Assembly (NCBI GenBank): GCA_951406725.2
Contig: OX597828.1
Span: 19,220,001-19,284,000, forward strand
Direction of reading: 5' to 3'
DNA: 64,000 nucleotides
DNA from: Octopus vulgaris
Taxonomy: Eukaryota
Positions within the stretch are counted from its first letter, which is position 1, and every line of letters begins with the position of its first letter. Below the pieces are notes generated by a model. It had not been told where the DNA came from, made no database searches, and worked only from the letters and a program-made list of their open reading frames with translations. Both the position numbers and the translations under genes were made by a program. Below, piece by piece: positions 53,198 through 64,000 of this stretch.

Positions 53198-54021
53198 TAG
53201 AGCAGCAGCAGCAGCAACAACAAAATCAACCACAACCAGAGCAGCAGCAACAACAAAATCAACCACAACCAGAGCAGCAGCAACAACAAAATCAACCACA
53301 ACCAGAGCAGCAGCAACAACAACATCAACAACAACAACAGCAACAACAAAATCAACCACAACCAGAGCAACAGCAGCAACAACAACAACACCAATTGACC
53401 AGTGCGGTTCTTGCAGAACTGCAACAATCGATCTGTGCTTTAAAAGGGGAAGTAGCAGGAATAAAAGCAACCATTCAGGTTGGACTCCACAATGAGGGGT
53501 CTTATCGGAATGCTCTGCTAAAGAACCTCCCTGTACCTGTACCTCTTGTCGCATTTAAGACCGCGGATTCTGCCACCCATGAAGTCATTGCCATTGGGGT
53601 ACAAGAAGACATGGCTGATCTTCAGGCTTTTGCTGCCAACTCAGCCAAAGACCTGGGCTGCGTTCCCCCAACGGGTGCTATCCGCCTTGGACGACCTGGC
53701 CCAAAACCTAGGCTCATCAAGTTGTCTTTTACCGACCCCACTGAGGCAACCTCTTACCATCTGGCCTCAGTTAAAGCTGGGCGGGAAAATCGGACCACCT
53801 TCCGAACACGCCCAGGCTTACCGTCCGATGTACGTCCGAAGCTACGTGTAGTGGCTTCCCTGAATAGGAACTCAGCTCTACAGGAAAGCTTCAGTCTTCG
53901 GGAAGATGGACAAATCTGGAGATTTGTCAAGACTGCTGAAACGTGGAAGAGAGATACCAGCTGGTCTGAGTGCTCTCTACCCACAATAACTAAAAAGACT
54001 ACAGCAACTCAGGGAAACTAA
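52771..54021 (+). CDS. LINE ORF1p: PHD-like Cys-rich finger, polyQ tract, coiled coil, RRM-like region
   Basis: CHIC...ECGTC..SVCLQC...FQCQAC; LAELQQSICALKGEVAGIK heptads; IAIGVQE and IRLGRPGPKPRLIKLSF motifs; ends QGN*. Confidence 0.85.
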
Positions 54022-56842
54022 GCCAGAACAACCTGCCATCCTCTACACACCATCATAAACTGCGAGCAGGGTACAAATTGTTGTCCTTAAATGCTCGCAG
54101 TTTATGCAACAAAATACATTTGTTCAACGCCTACGTCAGAAGTGTTGACCCTGACTTCATCACTGTCAAGGAAACATGGGCGCATTCCTTACTCTGTGAT
54201 GGGGTTTTCAACATTACGGGGTACAACCTCTTCCGTAAGGACCGCACTAACCGCCGTGGTGGTGGTGTGATGGTCTACGTTCGTTCAAATTTTTGGTAAT
54301 TCCTTGTGCCGATTTGAACGAATCACAAGAAGAAGTTTTTTTCTGTGACGTGCGTATGACCATGTCAACACTCCTGCTTGGCGTTGTTTATCGTCCCCCA
54401 AGTTACCATCGGGACACACAGCTTTGCAATGTCCTCCGAGCTGCTGCCAGGAAAACAGCCACTTATGTGTTTATTGCAGGCGATTTCAATCATCCTGAGA
54501 TCGATTGGGAGACCTTCCATTGGCCACAGAGTGCAAACGATTTTGTTGAGCTTGTGCTGGACTCAAACTGGTCACAAGTAGTCACCTCTCCAACAAGAGG
54601 CGACAACACCTTGGACCTGCTCTTCACCACAACTCCTGAAGCGGTTATCAATTGCACTACGGAGGAACCTCTAGGTGACTCTGATCATGCTATGATCATC
54701 GCCAATCTGGCTCTTGCGGGCAACAAAAACCTGAACCATCTCCAATCTGCTTCCTTCGATTGGAAGAGAGCAGATTGGAACCTGTACCACACTGAACTAC
54801 AGCACCCAAACTGGCGTGAATTCTACAACTCTGGAGATGTGAATACTATACTCCAGAGTATCCTGGACTCAATATGGGCAGCATGTGCAGCATCAGTGCC
54901 ACGTAAACAAAAAAAGAAGAACCGCCCCAAAAGGGCAATTTGGGAAACTTCAGCGGTCCGACTTGCCAGGAGGGAACGTCGGACTGCTGAACGGGAATAC
55001 AGGTTGCATAAATCAGACACCAACAGGAAGAAGCGGAATAAATCCTCCAACCATCTCAAGCAAGTGACAAAAAAAGCAGTGCTTGAATTTGAACAGTGCA
55101 TAGCAGCCAATCCTGACAGCAAGGTTTTCTGGAAATATGTGCACTCAAAGCAGAGACCTCACTCTCCAGTGGGCCCTCTTCGCAACCCTCACACAAACCA
55201 GATCACTGACGACCCCAAGGAATGCGCAGAACTCATTGCCGAGTACTATGCAAACATATTCACTGTTGAAAGTCAAAATGTACCATCTTCACCATCACTA
55301 ACAGCAAACTCCATAACAACTATGGAATTTACACCTGCAATGCTGCGACGTCACCTTCAAAATAAGCGCAACTATGCCTCCCCTGGTCTCGATGGAGTTA
55401 CATACCTGCTTCTCAAACGTGGCAGGCACTTCCTTTTACACCAGCTTTCTATTTTCTTCCAGTACTGTCTCAACAATGGTGCTACTCCGGAGCAGTGGAA
55501 AACTGCCAGTGTCATTCCTCTGTTCAAAAAGGGCGACCGCACATCACCTGTCAACTATCGCCCAGTCAGTCTCACTAGCTGTATTGAAAAATTGATGGAA
55601 TCGTGTGTCAGAGAAACACTCTGGAACTTCTGGAGCTCTCACAGTCTCATCCGACCCTCACAATATGGATTTGTCCCTAACTCCAGCTGCAGTGACCAGC
55701 TTGTCGAGTTCCTTGAGGACATTACTCAGATTACTGACAGTGGCTCATGGGTGGATGTTGTCTACCTTGACTTTGCTAAGGCTTTCAACTCTGTGCCACA
55801 CAAAAGGCTTATGGTGAAACTCTCTGCAATGGGTGTGGGGGATGACCTTTTTAACTGGTTGAAATCCTTCATCCTCAGCCGAAAGGAGGTAGTCACAGTT
55901 CTAGGACAGCACTCTACACCATATGAGATGTCATCGGGTGTACCACAGGGATCTGTCCTTGGTCCCCTCTTGTTTGTGGCATACATTAACGACATAGATG
56001 CCAATTTAAAGAATGCCACAGTATTGAAATATGCAGACGACATCAAGCTGTACCTTGAAATCAAGAGGACAGATCCTGATGTCTACAACTCTTTCCTGCA
56101 ATCAGACCTAGACACAATGCAGCAATGGATCACAGACTGGCAACTGAAACTGGCTGTGGACAAGTGTACCACCATGCATTTTGGGAGAAAAAACCCTGCG
56201 TTCACTTACTCCCTCCACAACACTGATATCAAGAAATCCTCTTGCGAGCGTGACCTAGGCATCACTGTCAGCAGTGATTTGCGTTGGTCAAAGCATATCT
56301 CTAAGATTGTCAGGAAGGCCGAGGGTGTCTTGGCATCACTCAGCAGGTCTTTTGTTAGCCGCTCTCCAGCCATCTATTTAAAACTGTATACAGCTATGGT
56401 ACGACCACACTTGGAATTCGCATCATCAGTTTGGAACCCCTATCTTGCACAGAACATTGACCTCCTGGAATCTGGCCAGAGACGTGCAACCAAACGCATA
56501 CCCTCCATCAGACACCTACCATATTCTGAGCGCCTTGTTTCCCTGGGCATGGATTCACTGAAGCTCCGGCGTTTGGCGACGGACTTGGTAAACACCCACA
56601 AAGTTATCAACCACCTCACCAACAACAACACTGAACACCTTTTTGATCTCCATGTGTCTAACACACGTGGACATGCCTACAAAGTCAGAAAACAATACAG
56701 CTCCCATGACTTTCGGAAACATTTTTTCACGCTCAGAGTTGCTGAAGCATGGAATAAACTGCCTGCGTCAGTTGTTGACTGCCATGACACTGCATCTTTT
56801 AAGGCCCTCATGCTTTCCGAAATCCGCCGAAACTACACCTGA
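53994..56842 (+). CDS. LINE ORF2p: APE endonuclease + reverse transcriptase, no upstream ATG, one -1 frame break at ~54290
   Basis: LNARSL, KETW, RKDR..RRGGGV, VYRPP, GDFNHP, LDLLF, SDH (APE); PGLDG, NYRPVSLTS, QYGF, YLDFAKAF, SGVPQGSVLGP, YADD (RT); frame opens after TAA 53991-53993. Confidence 0.9.
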
Positions 56843-58689
56843 TTATATATACACTTTAGATGAGTTGTAGTGCACCTGAGCACTGTACACAATTATTATT
56901 ATTATTATTATTTTAAATAGCCGTCTTAGGTTTTTAGTTCTTTTCAGAGCTAAACCTCTGACCACAGAGTTCGTCTTTGGTTTTAGTTCTTTTCAGAACT
57001 AACCTCTGACCACACAAAGTTCATCTTAGGTATTTAGTCCTTCTCAGGGCGAACCTCTGACCACAGAGTTCGTCTTTGGTTCTAGTCCTTCTCAGGGTGA
57101 ACCTCTGACCACACAGAGCATACTCGACCATGTTCCAGTTCGAAAGGCAGGCGACCACCATTAATACAAGATGTTACAGATACCTCTCATACTGTTAGTG
57201 TGAAAATATCACCACGAAAAGAACGGTTACAGGATATCTATAACTAGAGAAAAATAACCAAACAGAATATATAATGAAGACGCAGCAAAAACCAAGCGAC
57301 AGACACAACTCATCGCCAAACATCGTCTCTATCTACTAAGGTTTAATTTGTACACAAGACAACTACAGATTCAACTAAAGCGGTTAGGTGAAAATATCAC
57401 CACGGGAAAAACGGCTACAGTTGATATATCTGGAAGTACATTCATATCAAGAGAAAGCTAAAACACAACAAGTGATTCAATTAATCTCAACTACGAGACG
57501 CAACATCTTGATATGGAACGCTTACACTCCGTGTACGTCATAAACGGTAAATCAATTATCTGTTCTTGAGTTCTAGTTCTTCTAAGAACTTAGGCCACCT
57601 GCTGCTCAACTTAGAGATATGCGATTGTTACTGCTACTACCTGTTGCTAGGCTGATACCAACAACATGAACTGTGAATCAAATTCCATTGTTATTCCTCT
57701 GGTCACTATTTCTTATACTGGTGACCCCCTTTAATACGCAGCCATTCTGATATCCTGCGCGGCCAACGGTAAACATAAGTTACGGAACTGACACGAGAAC
57801 GCTGAAGAAGGAACTTTTTAAGAAAAACAAAAAAATATATATATAATAATATCAATTTTATCGCCGTTTTGTCTACAACAAAACGTCTGGCAAGAGGTTA
57901 TATGTAGCGATATCGTTACACTCATTGCTATCTTCACTGTTTGAGAAGAGTATTAAGAATAATCTCGTTCGAGATTACAAACATCTTCGGCTAGTTTAAC
58001 ATTGTTGTAAACTCTAATTCGATTGGCTGACACGTGGTCTCTACTACGTTCGCACCGCTGGTTGTCACGTGACGCGATTTGTCCTCCGCTTATTTTCGCG
58101 CCATTGTTCCAAGCAGCCAATCACAGCTTTCTATTTCTGAAGTTAGTTTTGAGCCACATAAACCTTATAAAAGAAGTGTTCTCAGACAAATATCCGTCTT
58201 AGGTTTTTAGTTCTCTTCAGAGCTAAACCTCTGACCACAGAGTTCGTCTTTGGTTTTAGTTCTTTTCAGAACTAACCTCTGACCACACAAAGTTCATCTT
58301 AGGTATTTAGTCCTTCTCAGGGCGAACCTCTGACCACAGAGTTCGTCTTTGGTTCTAGTCCTTCTCAGGGTGAACCTCTGACCACACAGAGCATACTCAA
58401 TCATGTTCCAGTTCGAAAGGCAGGCGACCACCATTAATACAAGATGTTACAGATACCTCTCATACTGTTAGTGTGAAAATATCACCACAAAAAGAACGGT
58501 TACAGGATATCTATAACTTAAGATGAATCCATTTTAGTTTCATCATGGGATAATATAGAACAAACACTAAAGACCAAAAGTACAACTTGTTGGGTAGTGT
58601 TGTAAGACACAGGAACATGTTGGAAGAGTTTTATCACAAAACTTATGGAATCCATATTCAGTGTTAGCAAAGTCAAATGTCTTCACCGA

Positions 58690-59312
58690 CATATTAAAGG
58701 TGATGGCAGCCGTTTTCCTAATGTTAGCCTCGTCCTTCTTGATGTAGTGAACAGTGGATCTGTTCACACTAAAATGGCAGCCTATGGCAGCGAAAGTTCT
58801 CCCTTCCTTCAACATATCCAGAAGTTTCACCTTCTCAGCAATCGACATCATTCTTCGTTTGCATTTAGGCTCAGTATCAGCCTTGGAAGGAGCAGCACGC
58901 TTGGGTGCCATTGCAGGGGATGAAAATGCAAAATTCAACACAAAGAAACAAAAAGAATTACACACTGCACAGCGTAAAATAGTACAGTAAACCACTCAGC
59001 GAGAAAGCCTGAAGCGAAAGGGAAGATGCTGCAGATCTGAGCGTCAGACAAAGCACCAATCACAGGCCAGATTACAAAATAGAAAGCTGCAATTCATCAT
59101 CTCTCTCCATTGCACCAATCACAGCCTGTCTTAAGTTCAAATACCCCTGTATATGCTTTTTTGCTATTTTATGCTTGTTTTGTTGTTCCTAGACTAGTAA
59201 ATAATATTTATTATTAATATTTTAATGGATTAAATGAAAAATTTTAGGTGTTCATATATATATATTTTAAAAATCTGCGATAGTTGAACTGCGTAGTAGC
59301 AAGGGATCAATG
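58690..59312 (-). mobile_element. Tigger/pogo transposon 5' fragment
   Basis: MAPKR...KRRMMSIAEKVKLLDMLKEG....IG.HF.VN.STV.YIKK CENP-B/psq HTH from ATG 58911; TIR-like TA|CATTGATCCCTTGCTACTACGCAGTTCA at 59312. Confidence 0.8.
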
Positions 59313-59666
59313 TATATAAATTTTATGTAATTGAATGGCCTGTGCCTCTCTTCACTTCACCAAACCTTTGGCAGGTCTTTGACAGATTTTACATCCTTCA
59401 ATGCATCCAGATAGCATCCTACCCACCAAGAACTCTTGGTGTTTTTGCCAGTTTAGTCGTTGACAGTTCAGATATGGTACAGACTGTACTAGGTGACATG
59501 TTACAAGTGGCAATCATGACTAATATGCCATATTTATATATGAATTTTTTTCCTATTTTGATCTTTACATGTAATTATCATCAGGATCCTCAATAATTCC
59601 ATTTTTGGGGGTTTTTTGCATTCATTTTTGTTTATTTTTTTTCTATACAGGTATTTTAAATACAAT

Positions 59667-61966
59667 ATGGATTGTTTAATGGTATTTGGAATCATCTGTG
59701 AAAATAAAACAAAGGTTTCTCTTCTCTATGCCACACATACAATTTCCATTAATGGATTTACATCACACGTCAACATCGAGGCTGAATATATAAATGAAAG
59801 CCAACACAAAACAGAAGCTAAGTTTGTTTTCCCTGTGGAAGAAGACAGTGCCGTATATAAATTCGAAGCTAAAATTGGTGATGTCCATTTAGTTGCCAAA
59901 TCTAAAGACAAAGATGTTGCCAAAAAGGAATACAAAGAAGCTGTAGATAAAGGTCAGTCTGCCATTTTGTTGCGAGAGACAAGTACATCTGGCGATATTT
60001 TTGAGTATAGTTTAGGTAATATTCCAGCAAATGAAAAGATCCATTTACAAATATGCCTTGTTTCTTAACTTTCTTGTGAAGTTGATGGGGCAGTGAAATT
60101 TCATATGCCATTTGTGCTTAATCCCAGATATGGTCTTAAACCTGCAGATGAAAATTATCAACATGCACCTAAACCAAAAGAGTTTAGTTTCAATGCCTCT
60201 GTCAACTGGAATTCACAAATCAAAGACATCAAATCAGAACATCCAGTTAGGTGGAATATCAGGATAACAAGTGTCATGCTACTGTGAGAATGGCAAAGGA
60301 ATTCAGTTTTGAGAAAGACTTTCTTCTGCAAGTGTACTATGAAGATGTAGAAAAACCACAAGTAATTTTAGAGAAAGGAGATGAGAATTCTAAAGGAATG
60401 TTTTCTAAAGATATTATGATGATAAATGTGTTTCCAGAACTTCCGCAAGTAAAACAATCTGCCGCTAATGACTATATTTTTGTTATTGATTGCTCAGGAA
60501 GCATGAGTGGAGAGAAAATTGAAGCAGCAAAAGATACCTTGTTACTTTTCTTAAAAAGTTTACCTTTGGGTTGCTCATTTAATGCTATCAGCTTCAATAA
60601 TGATTTTGAATTTCTGTTCAAAGAAGGAAGCCAAGAATATAGTGAAGATTCTCTGAATGAAGCATTGAAATTCCAGAAAAATCTATATGCTTCGGGAGGA
60701 ACAGAAATTCTTAGTGCACTGAAATCACTCTCTGACAAAAAACCATTTCAAAATTTCCATCGACAAGTATTCTTAATAACTGATGGTGAAGTCTACAGCA
60801 CAAACCATGTCATTCAATTGGTCAAGTCACAAGTAAACAACACACGATACTTCACAATTGGTATTGGTTCTGGAGCTTCTACAGAATTGGTCAAAGGTAT
60901 TGCCCGCGCAGGGAAGGGACAAGCAGAGTTTGTGATGACAAACGACAACCTTAAGGCAAAAGTTATGCGTTTATTAAAATTGTCAATGCAACCATTTGTA
61001 TCTTCGGTTTGTCTCTCTGCTAAACATGGTGAAAACAATAAAGAATTATCCTTTATTTCAGTTCCAGAAAGGCTGCCATGTATTTTCAGTGAAGAAAAAT
61101 TAATCCTTTATCTAGTTTTGCATGAAGCTGAGACTAGTTGCAAAAATGTGAAATTGAATCTTTGTGGTAAAATTGGTGAATCAGACTTTTCACTTGATTT
61201 TGAAGCAAGGTTGTTGGGACAGAATAATAAGGAAATGACAATACACCGTCTTTGTGTGAAAAGGAAAATACAGGAATTGGAATTAAATGAAGATTTGGGT
61301 AAAGGTGATGAAATAAAATCAGAGATTATCGATTTGGGTACAATGGCTAATTTAGTTTCAAAGTACACAAGTTTTGTTGCTTTGGATGAACATGTTCCAG
61401 TTGCTATTCAAACAGTCACTATGGCATTTATGTCTAAAGCCACGCGTTCTCGTAGTAAGAATGTTCCTGCAATAGTAAGAATGTTCCGTAAGTTTTACAA
61501 CAGAGTTTTACAACACTCTATGCCAATGCCAGTACGTCCGAGAGAAGATATAGCTGGAATGTATGCTTCCATAAATAATTCCTTAAGTATAAATGCTGAG
61601 AATTCAAGACAGTCACCTCACTCAGACTTAACCTCTTCAAAGGGAACAATTAAGGACATTTTAACAGGTTTGGTTGATCTACAAGCTTTCTCTGGTTTCT
61701 GGAATCTAGATGATCAATTGGCTCAAGCTCTCAATATTTCTCTTAAGGATCTGAACGATGAGAATCCATCTGTTAGTGATAAAGTATGGGCTACAGCTCT
61801 TGTTGTTGCTGTACTAAGAGAAAAATTAGCTTCCCAGCACTGTGAATGGGAATTTATTGAAAAGAAAGCAATTGTGTGGCTGGAATCTCAGAATATACAA
61901 CCACTGTATTCAGAGAAGTTACTAGAAAAAGCTACAAACTTCATAAAAAACAAAATGGTTGCCTAA
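59667..61966 (+). pseudogene. VWA5A: VWA5A-like copy 2 with nonsense codon and 1-nt deletion
   Basis: Near-identical to 42448-44724; GAA>TAA at 60066-60068; GTTAAGGTG>GTTAGGTG at ~60249; MIDAS region DRSGS>DCSGS; remaining ~570 codons open. Confidence 0.85.
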
Positions 61967-64000
61967 CAATTTCTGTTTATTTCATATTTTAAGACTTTCA
62001 CTACTGTATAACTGAGAAAAATACCTTAACATTTTAACTTGTATATCATTACTTTTACTCAGCTAATTCCTGTAACAGATCAATAAACAAATATTTTATA
62101 TATCTATACAGCTGTAAAATATAATAAAATATAAAACCATAATCCTTATATTTATTGAACTTGTGTTATTTTCTGTGTGCAATATGAATATATGAAGTTT
62201 AAAGACATTCAAACTGAGTACTGAACATTTAACTCTGCATTGGAACTGAATTATTTAATTTTTTTCTTTTTTTAGCTGTAGGTGCAATAGTCACCAATCT
62301 TGGCTTTGCTTTTTATGCTTTTGATGTCCATAAAAGAATGGCCAATTAAGAAATAAAATTGATTAAATCAATTACATACTCTACACACATTTCTGGCCCT
62401 GTACACGTTTTGTGAATCGGGATTTTAATGTAACTATGTGTATACCATATCCCGTCTTTTATCCACAACTCATTTTGGTCGTTGGACTGCAGCCATTCTA
62501 AGTCACAACCTAAAAGGCATTTTTTAGTTAAACACATCAACCCCAAAACTCATTTATTTTAAAATTGGGTAGTTATTCCATCAGTCTCTATGGTAGAACA
62601 GCTAAATTATGAGGAGGTATAATAAACACACTCACACACACACACAAAATGGGCCTCCACCCTGTTCCTGTGTACCAAACACACTCACAAGGAATTGGTC
62701 TGCTCTCGGCTATAATAGAAGACACTTGCTGAAGGTATTGTCTTGTGGGACTGAACCCTAAATATCATGGTTGTAAAGTTTTGTAACAAAAATAATTTTT
62801 TGTAACTAAACACTTTCAAACTTCGTATACTGGTAAGAATGTGTCACAGAAAATTCTCAAATTTTGGAAGTTATTTCTTGTTAAAGTTGTCATATTTCGG
62901 TAATTTCAACCAATCAATGACGTGTATTCAGATGAATAAAATTAATGCTGTTGTTTGTTAACAACTTCCGGCAGTGTATATTTCGTTTGTCGTTTTATTT
63001 ATGACATATTTAATCTCAGTTACGTTTGTATGAATAAACGAGTGTATCTGAAGCATGTTTACTTCATGGCACCACCATAATTGTTCGTGCTTCATTTTTC
63101 ATTTTTTTCCGTAACCCTAACCCTAAAACCCCAACCCTAACCCTAAAACCTTAAACCTAACTCTAAAACCCTAACCCTAAAACCTTAACCCTAAAATCCT
63201 AACCCTAACACCTTAAAGCTAAAACCAGTACAAATGCATGAACAATGTCAAAAATAACAGTGACAAACACCGCCAATAGTTGTAGTTAACAAACAACAGC
63301 AGTAATTTTATTCAGCTGAATACACGTCATTGATTGGTTGAAATTACCAAAATACGACAACTTTAACAAGAAATAACTTCCAAAATACAGACTTTTCTCA
63401 ACAACGCCAAGATTAAAAGATGTTTTATGTGACACATTCTACCAGTATACGAAGTTTGAAAGTGTTTAGTTACAAAAAATTATTTTTTAAATCTGTCAGT
63501 CAAAAGGTAAAGATCCCCCTTCACTTTCTGGAAAAATGTCTAGATAGACTATTTTCATTTAAAAGTTATTAGTGTGGTACACCCAAAAACTGAAGAATCT
63601 GAAATAAAAAAAAACGAAAGGACGTTACGCAAAATAATGAAAACAAAACAATAGTGTTGCTATAGTGTGCAAACCAGCTGGGAAAAGTTTTATCAAAATC
63701 AATTCACAGAAAACTGTGAAATCCTAAATTTCACTCCTAAGCTATTAGTGTGGTTTTAGGTGTATAGTAGCAATGCACCCCGGCGTTGCCCAGGTGTAAT
63801 GACCTACAGTCACATTGTTTCTTTCTTACGGGCAGAATTAGCACACGTGGAGCATGAAGCAAACAACTCTACCTTATGAACATGCTTTTCGGTCATTTTG
63901 TGATTAACAACCCTGCAGTTTCCGTTTACCAAATTCAGTCAGATAACTGTGGTTGATCTAGGGGCTATAGTAGAAAACACTTGCCCAAGCTACCATGCAA
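61967..64000 (+). repeat. Segmental duplication of the 3' flank of VWA5A copy 1 (44725-46720), offset ~17.28 kb
   Basis: Near base-for-base identity including TE remnants; runs off the window end. Confidence 0.95.

Larger units (their letters stand above)
52222..56914 (+). mobile_element. Near full-length CR1-group LINE insertion
   Basis: Boundaries defined against the uninterrupted LTR copy (TCTCAG|ACAAATATCCG); ORF1 + ORF2, short 3'UTR with GTGC-ACCTGA-GCAC stem-loop, (ATT)n tail 56892-56912. Confidence 0.9.
51940..58518 (+). mobile_element. Non-autonomous Gypsy-type LTR element: 5' LTR 51940-57717 (split by LINE), 185-bp internal region, 3' LTR 57903-58518 (truncated)
   Basis: Both LTRs start TGTAGCG and are near-identical over ~615 bp; tRNA-Trp-type PBS TGGTGACCCC at 57719-57728; degenerate purine tract before 57903; CCAAT/E-box/TATA promoter in U3. 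Confidence 0.78.

Noticed and set aside
53039-53554. Antisense and alternate-frame ORFs over ORF1 (poly-L/V/T)
   Set aside because: Shadows of the CAG/CAA repeat
60066-60068. Rescue of the TAA by A-to-I editing
   Set aside because: It would need double editing to UGG and would not fix the downstream frameshift

Overview
AT-rich, microsatellite- and SINE-dense animal genomic DNA. The SINE families and general composition point to an octopus/coleoid cephalopod (inferred). The first 19 kb holds the last five coding exons of a plexin (plexin-B-like cytoplasmic GAP domain). 21-38 kb is a graveyard of mariner, Helitron, RTE and Penelope-like remnants; it includes a 1.3-kb-arm inverted repeat and a 362-bp tandem unit carrying a type I hammerhead ribozyme with a compensatory U3-A8 core. 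Several other hammerhead-like motifs of unrelated families are scattered in the plexin introns. 38-64 kb holds two tandem VWA5A-like (VIT + vWA) genes. Each has a non-coding first exon and a single coding exon. They are near-identical except for an unalignable, oppositely charged ~85-93 aa cassette; copy 2 has a nonsense change and a frameshift. The intron of copy 2 contains a nearly intact CR1-type LINE (polyQ ORF1, ATG-less ORF2 behind a G_GGA_AAC slippery site) inserted just downstream of the TATA box of a non-autonomous Gypsy-type LTR element, plus a Tigger fragment. All calls were read by eye; no searches or folding programs were run.
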